Under the pieces are notes generated by a model. That model did no database searches. It had not been told where the DNA came from and saw nothing but the letters and a program-made list of their open reading frames with translations. Shown here piece by piece: positions 12,133 to 25,944 of a stretch of 64,000 bases of DNA; position 1 is the stretch's first letter, and each line of letters opens with the position of its first letter. Origin of the DNA: the human T2T-CHM13v2.0 reference genome, Homo sapiens; assembly GCF_009914755.1 (NCBI RefSeq), contig NC_060926.1; one strand, given 5' to 3'. A program made the translations under genes and the position numbers.

Positions 12133-14996
12133 CTGCCGAATAAACAGATTATTTTGAGAGGGACTTTTAAAGGCATGCAGGATTTATTGAGGGAGTATTT
12201 TACAATAGTATTTAGGAATATATAAAATACTACCAACAAGGCTATTAATCAAATCTTAAGTCACTAGGAATGTTCTATATTTTCCAAATTACTTACATAC
12301 AGACACACATATCAATAACAAGTATTCTTTGTTGAACTATTAGTCAGTGGATTATATTACAGACCTATAGTGTGGCATACCGATGTTTCAATACATGTAT
12401 CTTTCAAGTACAGGAGAGACTTTGGAAAGTTATCTTATCCTTCTTTCTTGAGTCCAATAGGTTACTACTAAAACAAACTAAACATGCTATTTAGATTATT
12501 TGCATGGCCTCTAAGAAGTAGCTGTCACATTTCCCTTATTAATACTGGATGTGTAATATCCTTTACTAACAGGAAATTAATTCTGCATTAACTAATTCCT
12601 ATTTGTTATAATTTAAGTCTATTTTATCTTGCCTTTCCTCAACAAAAATGGGCAAGAGTTCATCACCATTTTTCATGACTACTCAGATCAGGAAAGCAAT
12701 AAAAAATTACTGACTTAATGTGTCCCATATTATGATATGGTTTGCAAAGATAAAATGTCAGGGAAATGATTCCTATTCTCAGGAATTAATTTTTGGAGGC
12801 ATACAACGAAACTTAAAAAAGCAAGTAGAGATCAATTTATAACAGGACAAAAAAGATCAAGGAGAATTTAGGACTAGAAGGAGCTTTAGGTATCTAGAGC
12901 CGTCTCCTTACAGTAATCTCCTTTACAGCATCCCTGAAATATGCTTGACCTACCTTGGTTTGAGGTAGGGCTTGAAACATGCACAGGATTTGGAGCAGAA
13001 TTATAGGCTGAGACAAGAGCGTGAAAAAGAGCAAAGAGGTAATAACAGGAACAATACCTATGGAGGATAAAGAGAAGATAGTCTGAATAAGTAGTGACCC
13101 TGTGCAAAAGAACAGTGAGACAAAGAGTTGGAAATAACAGAAGGTCAGATATTGAGGTATCATAAAGAAGCCATCTCTCTAAGCTGTGCTGCCTGGATAT
13201 GCAACATCTCCCATGTGTCACATACTGCCATGACTTTGCTAATAATTTAATGGTGATATTAATAACATAAGTTGTAATGTCTCTCCAAGTATTATCTTAT
13301 TTAAGATCCATTCTTACAGATGCCTCTATGATATAATTGTGAGAGTGAAAAATCACTTAGTGAGGCAGGTAGTAAGAGATATTTGTTAAGGGTAGACAGC
13401 CTTTTTAGTGCTTTTATGAATTGAAACAGTTTGATTATATTTTTGTCAGTCATACATTTGTGTGTGTACCTGTGTGTGTGTGCAGAATGAAGAGTAAGAG
13501 AAGGGAAAGTTATAGACACCATTCTTCTGCTGAGTATTTGCTATTGTGGCAGAGATCTTGATTCAGTTCTATCTTCCTGCCACAGCAGCTAGAAAGGAAA
13601 CTCAAGTTTCAAGTACTAAACACAGAAGTTGTGCAGGTGAAGTGACTCAGATCGTCTGCAGGCAGGCAGTTTACTAGCAACCACGTGAGAATGCACCATC
13701 TGTTCTTACTTGCTGATCTAGAGATTAGATTTGAACCTACGTACTGAGCAGAAGCTAAAATAATACCATGTCCTGCATCTGACAATAGCTAGTAAAGTTT
13801 CGAAAGGCTCTTAAATTTAAAAAAAAATTAGTTCAGTCTATTTCTCCTTTATAGTCAAGGTAGAGAACTGGCCTGTGAGTTATACATGTGTGAGGGAGAG
13901 AAGTGCTAGTTGTAAAGGACATACACAGTGCTAAACATTTCCCTCTTCTGTTTCCCCGTGCAGTCAGTTCCTTATCCCTGGGACTGACTTAAAGTAAGCC
14001 CTGGCTTGCCTCAAGAAGCCTGCTGATTATTTAGTGTATTTAAAGCTCTGTAGATATTTCACTTATCTCATTAGACCCTTTCACATGGTGCACTGTATAA
14101 ACAGCCTCTAGGAACAGATCCTATGACTGAGCCCTTTTCAGTGTGGTCCCTGAAAGACCCACTGTGAAGCAAGATCATGTTTTACTGCCGACTGGTACAG
14201 TGGATTTTTAGCTGACAGCATAAGGGATTCCTGACAGGCCATGTTATCCAATTTTACACCAAAAGAATGAATTCTCTTTCAGATAATATTTCTCTACAAA
14301 TACAAGTGGAATATATAACCCAATTTAGAGCTGACTTTGACAATACAATATATTTATATGTAAATAATATCCTATATATTTGTTATTATTTATATTATTA
14401 GTTTATGTTATGTATAGTTGTAAATATACACGTCTACATGTATAAATACATAAATAAAATGTATCTGTAAAACTAAAAGTTTCAGTTGAATTTTGGTTCT
14501 CCATGGAATATAAGATATTTTAGTTTTTAAAAAATAACAAAACCAGTTAGAATCTGTAGATTCTACAGTGCCTTTAATACATGTTGACTGATAAAACATC
14601 TAAGCAAAAAGACAGTTTTGTAAAACATGTTTTAAACCTTGATACTTAATTTCTTTGTAAGAATGCCTTAAAAGCAACAACTTTAGTTTGGCTGTCGCAA
14701 AAGGCTGGCAGTCACTTTGGAATGCAGTTGTATAAATATTTGTGCTCACAGAAATATAAGCCAAATCTACCAAACCTAATTTTCAAACCGAACTTTTGAA
14801 AAATTGTCTTGTAAACATCTGAATATAAATTCATCTTTAAACTCTGACATTTTAGAGTCAAAAAAGAAAATTTTACAAATTATACCATTTGTCATGCCCT
14901 TGGGAATTTGCCAAACTGTATTATTTATAAATCTTCCTAAATTAAATGTGGCAGAGAGATCACCTGGGTAAAGCGTTGGGAAGGAACCGCGCTTAC

Positions 14997-15109
14997 CTCT
15001 CTTGTCACAAAGCATTCCATAGGGTATGTCAAAATGACAGTGACACCATAACAAAATCTTCCAAATGTTACCAGGTCATCATTTCTGCAGTAATTTTCAA
15101 ATAAGTCCC
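14997..15109 (-). CDS. SLC38A11: SLC38A11 exon 10 (GDLFENYCRNDDLVTFGRFCYGVTVILTYPMECFVTRE), 113 nt
   Basis: Acceptor TACTATCTAG|GG, donor GAG|GTAAGC; TM8 LTxP...R motif. Confidence 0.95.
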
Positions 15110-15192
15110 CTAGATAGTAATATAAAATAAGTTTATTTACTAGATACTAAATGTTTGAGATAACTATCTAATAAATTAAATATTAGATATTA

Positions 15193-15497
15193 CAGTTATG
15201 CATCACCTAATGGCCCACATATATGATTACAATGCTGTATTTTTACTATATATTTTTCTATGTTTAGATACATAAATACTTTCCATTCTGCTACAGTTGC
15301 CTACAGAATTCAGTACAGAAACATGCTGTAGAGGTTTATAGCCTAGGAGCAATAAGCTATAGCATATAGCCTAGGTGTGTAATAGGTGCTACCATCTAGA
15401 TTTGTGTACGTATACTCTGTGATGTTTGCACAATGAGGAAATCACCTAACAATGCATTTCTCAGAATGTTTCCCTGTCATTAAGCAACACATGACTT
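15193..15497 (+). mobile_element. Tigger3-derived (MER7/Golem-type) TcMar DNA transposon
   Basis: Ends resemble the Tigger3 TIR (tacagttatgcatcacctaa ... gcatttctcagaatgtttccctgtcattaagcaacacatgact); internal gcctaggagcaataagcta. Confidence 0.75.
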
Positions 15498-18473
15498 ATA
15501 AGTGAATCTCCATAAACTTCATTTCATTTAATTAAGAGAATAGATGACCAGGTCTAAATAAAAGTTTTTGAATTCAATAACTATGTAGTTATTCACTGAT
15601 TTAAACCAGTACATGCTACATGTGAAGATAAATCCATCACTGATAGTTTTTCTCTTATTATTTGTTTTTGGTAGATTTGCTGCCAATTTGTACTGACTTC
15701 TGAAAAATACTTTATCCATTGTCTTCTTACATCAGAATCAACTCCCTAAATTCTTCAGCACTGGCTTTGTAAACTGGTTTCTGGTCTTTGTTTCTGGTGA
15801 GTAAGTGACTTCATTATTTTTTAAAAATGTCTGTTAAAAATAAACAAATTTCCTTTTGAAATGCTATTCTTAGATCAAGAACAATCCTGAAAGGAAGAGT
15901 AGACCAGTACATCTGGGGAGCTGAATTTCCTGTGTATCATGCTATAGGGTTTCATCCCAACCTTGGGGCCACAGCGAGAAATTCCAAACATATGTTACCT
16001 TTCATGGCACCTCATGAGCCCAAGTGTAAATGCAGTGATTCAAAACTGTGAAAATATGGCTATGTCCCAGAAAGAACATTAAATTTAATAAGTTCCAGAC
16101 TAGATGATGGACTAAATATACCTTGAAACAATTCTTATTTAGAGACTATATTTCTCAACTGTCTATGAAGAAATACAGGGATCTAACTAGGGCACAGATG
16201 TCATGTCATCAAAAAACAATTACCTACAACTGTACAGTAGTCCATGGAAGAAATAAAAAAAATAAAAATATAACAATGACTAATGCCGAAACAGAGTACT
16301 TGGGCTTGCTGATTTTCTGTATATAACGTGCTTAAATGTTAAAATTGTGGTAACCTTTTTAAAATTAAACTTAATTGAAAATTAAATTTTTTTAAGATCA
16401 ATACTCAATACTACACCATTTAAAAAGAAGAAAAGCTATAATACCTCTGTACTGTTTTTTTCATTACAAAGCTGAATATCCTAAATAATTTGCCTCTTCC
16501 CAAGATTTACTTTAAGTGGCTCTCACCCCTCCCCCCATCAACTAGAACAAATCTACATTACTTTAGAACATCCCTTTTGGGCAGGAGGGGATTAAAACAC
16601 AAAGTAAGGTGGCAGAAACCTGCTTCAAGGTTGACTGAAAAGATTCCAGCACTCTAAGAAAAAAGGACTGAAGTTCCCCGTTCACTAACCTCCACTAAAA
16701 AAATGAGCCCTATTGTCTTTTCGAAAGTCACTAGAAATGTCGAGGAGAATCTAGAGTTCCCACCGCCTCTCAAGCTGAAATTTATCTACTGAAAGAGGTT
16801 AGAAAAGAAGAATGCAGTATGCACAAATTAGACTAGATTTACCTAAGGAGAGGTGGCCTGGAGAAACAATGTCAGCTTATTGCAGCCTGAATCTAAGTTG
16901 TATTTTAAAGAATTACAGCTAGGGGGAAAACGGCATTAAAAACCTGTCAGCTTTGTTTTATAAAGATTTAATTATATCTGAGCAATTACCACTGATAAAA
17001 ACTCCAGGAAGATGTAACTAACAAAAAAGGTTTATGTCTTACAGAAAAGGCATTTAAAAACCAAGGTCCTGTACAGACCAGAGCCCATAGGCCATTTGCA
17101 TTGGCAAACTATGTAGCAATAGTGATACATAGAAATGCTTTGGAACACAATTCTTATCAGAAGTTTCAAGGTCACTTTGTTACTGCACTCTAGTGGCACA
17201 GGCATGTATTATATTTTTGACTGCATTTGAATTTTGTTAATCATTATTTTTTGAAGCCATCTTTCTTCATTTCTTGAGAAATATTTGCCTAAAGTCATAG
17301 TGATCTGTCACCTCTGTTCAGAATAAGGCAGCCATCCTCCCAAGAGCACCCAGGTTTTCAGAAAACTAAGCTAATGGGAGCTAGAGGCAAAGGGACAACT
17401 TTCAGAGGGTCATGGTTGACCAAAACAGGGCAGGCAGAAAGAGGATGGAAAGAAAACTGAACTTAAGAGTCAGAAGACTTGTTTTCTGGTTTGTCATCAG
17501 CCAGCATGAGCAAGTTACTTCACCTCTTTGTGTTTTAATCAGGGGGTAAAACTAGTTATTCCACTTCCCTTCAAAGGGTTGTCTGAAGGTCAATGAGATA
17601 ATAGACCTGCAAGAGCTGTGAAATATGTAAATCACAGCCTACTGCTGGACTGCCCTGACTACTACACTACACTGATGATTGAATGTAAGGGTCAAGGGAA
17701 GTAGAAGAGAGGACTGCTCAGTTGCTGGGCCTGGGTGAATGCAAAAAAAGAGAGAAATATCTTTGGAGGGAGGAAGAAAAGGTCTGGTTTTAAGGGAAAC
17801 ATGATGTTTTGTGATTAAGACAAATATAGAACAACTGAGTAGAAACGTCCTACAGGCAGCAGGTTGGAGACAAAAAGAAAGGTCTGGGTTAGAATTAAAA
17901 CAATGAAAGTACCGGGAAATTTTTTTGAGAGAAGAGAAAACAATATGCTTGAGCCCGTTATCTGGGTGGTGTGGGATGGAGTGGAGTGGGGGATTAGAGA
18001 GGGTAAAGAAAAAGAAAACAGAAAAAAAATTAACAGAGAGAAAGAATAACAATGATAATATAATAATACTCTTTCCTCTAAGGGAGGAAAATTTGAGCAA
18101 AGAAAGGAAGTTCAGTATTGTTAAGTGATTCAGAGAGATTCGGGAGAATCCAAATCGAAGCTATTTGCTCTGAAGATTGGGAGGCCACTGGTACCTTTGA
18201 AAATGAAGCTGCAGTGGAGGAAAGCCAAAAATCATGTGCTAGGAAGTGACAGTGTGTGGAAGGAGAGAGTATGGGCTACAGAACTAAATTGAGCAGTTTA
18301 AAAAGGTAAAAACTAGGAAACAGACAGCAGGGGGGCAGGAGGGTAGAGAGAATGGGTGGAAGAGAGTAATCTTTGAAATAGAACACTGGGCATACCTGTA
18401 ACAATAATGAGTAGAACATTCGGTATACCTGTACCAATGCACATGAACACTATAACTGAATCTCTCATTTTAC

Positions 18474-18635
18474 CTTGGGTGAAGCCAGTAAATGTCAAGT
18501 ATCCACATGTAGCAAAGAATATACAGATAAATACAGAAATCACGATGGACATATGGATAAGGCGGGACCACTTAGCTACTGTGGGTTCTTCTAGAGAACT
18601 GTAAACTAAGAAGGAGTTATGGTGGCAAATAAATG
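18474..18635 (-). CDS. SLC38A11: SLC38A11 exon 9 (AFICHHNSFLVYSSLEEPTVAKWSRLIHMSIVISVFICIFFATCGYLTFTGFTQ), 162 nt
   Basis: Acceptor TTTTGTATTGCAG|CA, donor AAG|GTAAAA; FAFxCH (TM6) and GYLTF (TM7) family motifs. Confidence 0.96.
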
Positions 18636-19264
18636 CTGCAATACAAAAAAAAAGAGCATTATTAAATCAAGCACCAGGGTTTTCTTTTTTAGTTCTGAAA
18701 TTCAGAGATATATACTACTTTAGATGCCAATGAACTGAAGTTTAAACATACAACTTTATTAATATGTCAGAAAATAATTTTTCTAATAGTTCTAGAAATG
18801 AGACCATTCATTCACATCAGGCTTATGTGGTCTTTTCATGTTACTCTTGATATAAACCAGGCCAGTCCAACCTTCTCTCTCATTTTCCTTTTCCTAATGA
18901 CCCTTCCCATCTGAAGGAAATCTTTTTCCCATCGTTTTCATCCTGTGGCTTCCTTTGCCATTTGGGACATAATAAAGGGTTTGAAGAAGTCCATAACACT
19001 TGCTAGCCTTCCAAGTTAAGAAACAAGATGACTGTAATGAGTTTCTGCATGAGAAATAGATTTCTCCAAATTGAAGCAAATTTTAGTGATGAGTGAGAAA
19101 AGTTTGAGCCTAATTTTATATTGGCACAAACTAGATCATATGCTGCTAATAGGAAGTCTAAAACTTAGGACATCTGCTATCCAGACATAAATATGAAACA
19201 CAGCACTTTTTCATGGAACAGAGAACTCCACATTGAGAAAGGGCCTTTGAAACCAAATACTCAC

Positions 19265-19335
19265 CAAAAGACATAACCCCGACCGCTTGAATGGCATTGG
19301 GCTTTGCAAATACCCAAGCGTCTTCTGTTTTTGGT
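19265..19335 (-). CDS. SLC38A11: SLC38A11 exon 8 (IPKTEDAWVFAKPNAIQAVGVMSF), 71 nt
   Basis: Acceptor TTTTTCTTCTAG|A, donor TTG|GTGAGT; phase 2 to 1 fits. Confidence 0.93.
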
Positions 19336-19789
19336 CTAGAAGAAAAATCAGTTAACTTGATAAATTGTTAAATAAATACAAGCATCAGTATATCAGATAA
19401 CAAGAAATGGTATCACAAATATAAACTGAGTGTCTTTAAGCCAGAAATTAATAAGGGGCTCCCATTAATCTTGTGTAATCATGAATAAATTTCCCAGGAG
19501 CATGAGTGTTATCTCTTAACCCCAGTCCTCTAAAATGTATGTCAAATACTTGGACAAATTCTATTTTTACATATGTAAAATATCCAGACTATGTAATTTT
19601 GTGAATTTGTTTATTTGCTCATCAATTTAACAGACAGCATTGATTATGCACCTACCAGTTCAGCTACCTTTTGAGGGAGATACAAAAATTAACAATGCCC
19701 AGTTACTGCTGTTCATTCCGCTCTTATTTTTTTCAGGCTTAACCTACCCAAGAAAAATTTAGTCAGCACTAAAATTTATTGAGAGAGGT

Positions 19790-20435
19790 AAACATGAACT
19801 AATACTAATTGAGGATGTACTATCTTCTAGAAACTCTACTGTGTTATCTCATTTAATTTTCAAAATAACACTTAAGTATTATTATCACCATTTAACACAT
19901 GAAGAAAATCAAGCTCTGGATGGTGATATAACTTGCCAAGCTTCCACAAATAATTAGTGAAGAAGTTGAGATTTATCTTCCTGGTTTATTCACTCCCATG
20001 TTTTTTCCAGGCAGAACCATCTGACAGTGGCCTCAAATTCCCAACTGTAGATGTATTTCTCAAGGGAATTTTGGAAATATATGCACTTTAAACAGCTTGA
20101 AACAGGCTACATCCTAGTGGAATTAAAATATTTGATATTGGCAGTGATAGGTCTACCTGGCTAACACATCATGAATAATGATGAACAGCAGAGGCTCTAA
20201 GGTCAGTTAGCTTAAATTGTTCTTCTGGCCTCCTTCCACTTATTAGCTGTGTGATTTTAGGCAAGTTACAGGACCTCTCTGTGCTTCAATTTCAACATTT
20301 ATAAACTGGGGATAATTGTAGTATCTAACTCATTAAGTGACTGTGTAGATTAAATGAGATAAAATATGTAAAACTTCTGGAAGAGAGTTTATCACATAGC
20401 ACATGTTCAATAAACAGTCATTAGTATTAATGTTA
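19790..20435. mobile_element. MIR remnants in opposite orientations
   Basis: MIR core motifs, e.g. cttattagctgtgtgattttaggcaagttac...ctctgtgcttcaatttc at about 20240-20300. Confidence 0.55.
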
Positions 20436-21389
20436 TTATCCAGCATTATTAATAAAGGCAGCAAAAAGTCTAAAAGTATGGCCAACTTCCCTGGGAAGGG
20501 AAGGCTTGAGTAAGACTCAAAACAATGCATGAAGAATGGAACAGGGATATTCCTAGGAAGCATGAAAAGGCACTGGGTATTTTCAATAAAAAACAGAAAT
20601 TCTAAAGATGAAGACCCATCTATTTCATAAGTTTGTTTATTCATCCTCTATGTAAAGAAGGTACATACAAAAAAATCTTGTTTGTTGTCCACACTTTGTG
20701 GGATTTATGCATTATATCATCCTTTTTCCCATATATGAAACGAGCAGTTACAGACACAAAGAAACTTCACAGAAAGGCAGGCCTGCAAGAGAGGCCACAG
20801 ATTGTTATAAGACTTGCTCCAATTCCCAGTTTTGGGAGTGGGAACTACTGCCACCTGCTGCCTCCACTACTCTAAAAGCAGTCGACATTAAAAGCAGCAT
20901 ACCTGTTAAATTCCAATGTTAATGTGGAAAAAATACATATTTTGTACATGATCCTTAGAAAATGATTTCAGTCAGGCAGCACTAACAGTTGTAGAAACTT
21001 GAGGATTCTCTAACTTTGCAATATGCTTTAAATGGTATGCTTTCCCTCTTATGGTTTTTGCACTTGGAAAATATTCACCCTTACTCCCCAACCCTAGTAC
21101 AGATTGTGGTGGTGTCCTACTTTTTAAATCTTATATTAGTAATAAAATGTAGAAGTTTCATTTTCATTTTTTCTCTTCCATTTAAATTTTTTCCCTGGGT
21201 CCATATGGTTCCTTGGGTATATTCCCGGAGTGTGAAACAATACCTAGAGATAATTTTGGATTTTCTCTGTTCATCATAATGATGATGATTTTATAAGATG
21301 GAAAGTGCCAAAAAAGATGTTACAGATAGGAAAATGCATATGTCTAAATCTAGGGAAAGAGAAGGAAACAGATATTGAATATGGCTTTC

Positions 21390-22416
21390 CGATCATTTAT
21401 AAAATAGCCTAGGATTGAGTTCCAGATACAATCAGTTGTACAGGAAAAAAAAAAAAGAGAGAGAAGAAAGTTCTCGGGTATATTTTATGAGATTGCTGAA
21501 ACTTTGATACTCAACCTGGATGGAAACATAAAGTTATAGACCTTTTGACTTTAAACTGTAAATGCTGAAATATGAAATCAAATGCCATCAAGCAATTTAT
21601 AAGATAAGGAATTATGACTACGAATATTTTTTCAATAAATGCAAGGGGAGTTTAATAACAAAATAGTAATATAATCAATATTTATTAATAGCTGTTATAT
21701 TAATAGATATTGGTGTAATTTACCACATTAACAGATTAATGAAGGAAAGAAGCTTATGACCATTTCAAAATATATAGAAAAGCATACAACTCAGTATTTA
21801 TTTTGAAAAACATGGTGAGCAAACTAATAATAAAATAGAACTTCCTTTACTGGATAAGGAATGTCCACCAAATCCTATAGCAAATGGCATATTTAAAAGT
21901 GAAAAGTTAGAAATACTCTACTTAAGGGATGAAACCAGATAGGATGTTCAATATCACTGCATCCTGAATATATTATTGATATTCCTAGCTGATTCAATAA
22001 AATAAGTGATGTGTAATCATTGAAAAGATTGTGTAAATTATTTGTACACAATATAATTACACATATGGAAAATTTATGCATATGGAAAATAAGAGTATTC
22101 AGCAAGGTTACTGGATACAAGTTCAATACACAGAAAACATCAAGTGGGCTGATGTACACAAACAATGACCAATTAAAATGTTTTTTTAAGTGGCAGTGAC
22201 AACAAAAACACTAAATACTTTAAAAGATGTGCATGATTTTAACGTCATGTTAAACTTTTATTGAAAGACACAAATAAATGGAGAAATATACCATATCCAT
22301 ACACACAAATGGGAAGACTCAATATCATATAAACATCAATTTACCCCAAATTAATTTTTAAATTCAAATAATAAAATACAGAAAAAAAGAAATCAAAGAA
22401 TAAAATACAATATTGA
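21390..22416 (+). mobile_element. Highly diverged L1M ORF2 fragment
   Basis: L1-like motifs ttcagcaaggttactggatacaag and aaataaatggagaaatataccat...ggaagactcaatat. Confidence 0.65.
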
Positions 22417-22765
<349 letters not shown>

Positions 22766-22902
22766 TTAAAGTTATAATAAAGATAAACAATAAAATCAAT
22801 GGAAGGTAAATATAAAACATCCATATGATAAAATTATTTATATACACATTTAAAAATACAAAGGTAAGCTAAAAGCTGGAAGATGACATTGGTCATGCAT
22901 AC

Positions 22903-23219
22903 ACAGTTGTCCCTTGGTATGTGGGAGGGATTGGTTCCAGGACCCTCCATTGGATATCAAAAGCCATGTATGCTCAAGTCCCTGATATAAAATGGTTTAA
23001 TACTTGCATATAACTTAAGCACATACTTCTATATAATTTAAATTATCTCTAGATTGCTTACAATATCTAATACAATGTAAATTCTATATAGATAGTAGTC
23101 ATACTGTATTTTAAAATTTGTATCATTATTGTCATATTGTTATTTTTAATTTTTTTCCAATATTTCTGTCCACAGTTGGTTGTGTCTGCACATGCAGAAG
23201 CTGTGAATACAGAGGGCCA
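22903..23219 (+). mobile_element. MER2 (Tigger-family MITE)
   Basis: cagttgtcccttggtat...gggattggttccaggacc...gctcaagtccctgatataaaatgg ... gaatacagagggcc. Confidence 0.8.
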
Positions 23220-23356
23220 TGATCAAGAAATAGTATACAGTATATACACAGTACTCCCCCCTTATCTATAGGGTGTATGTTCCAAGATATAACCTTGCAA
23301 GGTATTCTATTTACAGCCTAGTGTACGCCCCCTGCCCAAATGAAATAACTTCCATA

Positions 23357-23675
23357 GACCAGGCGTGGTGCTCACGTCCGTAATCCCAGCACTTTGAGAG
23401 ACTGAGGGAGGTGGGTCACAAGGTCAGGAGTTCGAGATCAGCCTGACCAACATGGTGAAACCCCGTCTGTACTAAAAATACAAAAATTAGCCGGGTGTGG
23501 TGGCGTGGGCCTGTAATCCCAGCTACTCAAGAGACTGAGGCAGGAGAATCACTTGAACCTGGGGGGTGGAGGTTGCAGTGAGCAGAGATTGTGCCCCACT
23601 GCACTCCACTCCAGCCTGGGTGACAGAGCAAGACTCCGTTAAAAAAAAAAAAAAAAAAGAAAGGAAGGAAGAAAG
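23357..23675 (+). mobile_element. Alu (AluS-like)
   Basis: Dimer with poly-A/GGAA tail; TSD-like gaaataactt(t)cc. Confidence 0.94.
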
Positions 23676-24678
23676 AAATAACTTTCCTAAGGCAGAAAAT
23701 ATATTTTAAATAAAATGTTTGAATTTTAACTTAAACCCCCATGCAAATTAATAATCAAAAGTTAAACTTGGACACCCAATTAAACATGTGTAGATGGGCC
23801 ACATAAGTTTATCTTTTCTTTTTTCTAAGACCCCACTAAAATGCTACTAAAGAAATTTAAAAGAGGAATAAATTCATGAGGGAGAGGATAGTGGGAGAAG
23901 AGATATCCGAGAAGACACTCTATGAAAACGAAACTGGATACTTCTGTGATGACTATTGAGAGTAGAAGATGTTGCAACCATGTAGAGGGAGCTCATGATG
24001 AGAAAGAGGTGATTCACTTTACAAAACCCCTGTGTGTGCAGGACTCAGAGATACCAGAAAGCTACCGAGAATGCTCCAACAAAAGGAGAAAGGAAAGAAA
24101 ACGGAAGATCTGGGATCATGGATAGAGGGTATACAACACAAAAAGGAGGTAAAAGGAAGTCCTAGGATGATCATGGGGGAGCAAAGTGAGAAAGCAATCT
24201 GTCTAGAATGGAGGGCAGAGCTGAAGGCTCTGGGATGGATGTGTTCAGGAAAAATAATAAAATTATAGATTATATGTTTGAGCATCTGGAAAAGAAGTAA
24301 CAAAAATGATCAAATTCAAAAGCTAAACTGGACATCCAGATAAACACAAAACTGAAATCAAGTGGTAATTGTAGAGAAAAAAAAAAGGAAAAGTGTACAA
24401 GAAGAGAAACATAAACTTAATTTTAAAAGTTGTGGTATTCTCCATGTATTTAAGAAGAGGAAAGATAGCTTGAGAGAGCTAAATCTTCATCTACTGTAAG
24501 AGAAGATAACAGTGAGACACCAAAAAAGGCACTTAGACTCATATTACTTAGAAATAGAGATGTGAATGCCAAGAGATAAGGCTTAAAGGGTTGAAATAAA
24601 AAAGGTTTTGGTAGGAGGCTACTCTATTTCATTAAAAGCCATTTGTAATCTTTGATTTCATAAAATCAAGTTAATAAA

Positions 24679-24989
24679 TTTTATTTTATTTTACTTTATT
24701 TTATTTGTGAGACAGGGTCTCGCTGTAACCCCAGGCAGTGGTGTGATCATAGCTCACTGCAGCCTCAAACTCCTGGCCTCAAGAGGTCCTCCAGCCTCTG
24801 CCTCCCAAGTAAGCTGGACTATAGGTACATGCCACCACACTTGGCTATATTTTTAATTTTTTTTTTTTTTGTAGAGGTGGGGGTCTTGCTATGTTGTCTA
24901 GGCTGGTCTTGAACCACTGGTCTAAGGGATCCTCCTGCTTTGGCCTCCCACAGTGCTGAGATTACAAGTGTGATCCACCTCACCTGGCC
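24679..24989 (-). mobile_element. Alu (AluJ-like)
   Basis: (TTTTA)n tail plus diverged dimer. Confidence 0.9.
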
Positions 24990-25944
24990 TGTGAATGTAT
25001 TCTTTTGAGAAAAATAAACACGTTGAATAAATGCACATAAAAGTAACATTGAAAAGAAGCAGTATTCCTTACAATACCTTAGGAAGCTTTAAAAAGATCT
25101 AGGCAAATAATGGTTACTGTAAAATTTAGATCATTTTAACAGCAATGATTCGTGTTTCAAAATATTTTAGTACTACCAAAAATAGGGACTGGCTTATAGC
25201 AGTTTGTAGCCTTAGAACAGCAAACACTTTTACAATTAATTACTTCCCTTACCCTGGAAAATCTAAACAAATGCTTCATTATATATTTTTAATAAATCGT
25301 TTGTGTTTATGGGGGTTGTGGTTGGAGATGGAGAGCTTTGGGGAGTTAAATTCATTTTGTAATATTGTCTCAGTTTGGATTCTTGCATTCTGAAATTTTA
25401 TCCTGGTTTGAAAGACAAACTCTTATCTTTATAACAGGTGAATAACAATAAGGCAATGTAGAAGAAAGCAAGTCCCATCAAAGGGAGCTCCAGTCTCTAT
25501 AGACTGATAAAAAGGAGCCTCAGAACTTAAACCTCTGGATCAGGAGAATCAAAAAACATCATGCCTCTCTATGATACCCGCCCAAACTCTTTCAGCTAAA
25601 CAGAAGCACTTTCAAATATACAATTCCGGCAGAGTCTGCATTTTTGTTGTAAGAGCCTCATGTTTTTAGTCAGACACATCCGGGAGTTGAGTGCTTTGGA
25701 TGACACAAAACAAAGGCTCCATGTTGCCTGTCACACCACAAGCTATTAATGACAAGCAGATCTGACCTCTTCCCCCAGCTCCTGCATCCACTGAAGGCTC
25801 TGTCACTTCCTCACTCTCAGCTCACTTGTATTCTGATTCTGTTCTATAGACAAAACCATGGTTTACATTAATATATAAAGCTGCTCAGGAGAATCCTTCT
25901 TAGGAATCACTCTGAACATTAAAACTGATTCATTTAAAAACGCA

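Noticed and set aside
17639-18128. 153-aa minus ORF and Lys/Glu-rich plus ORFs
   Set aside because: Produced by purine/pyrimidine strand bias in old L2-like, low-complexity sequence.
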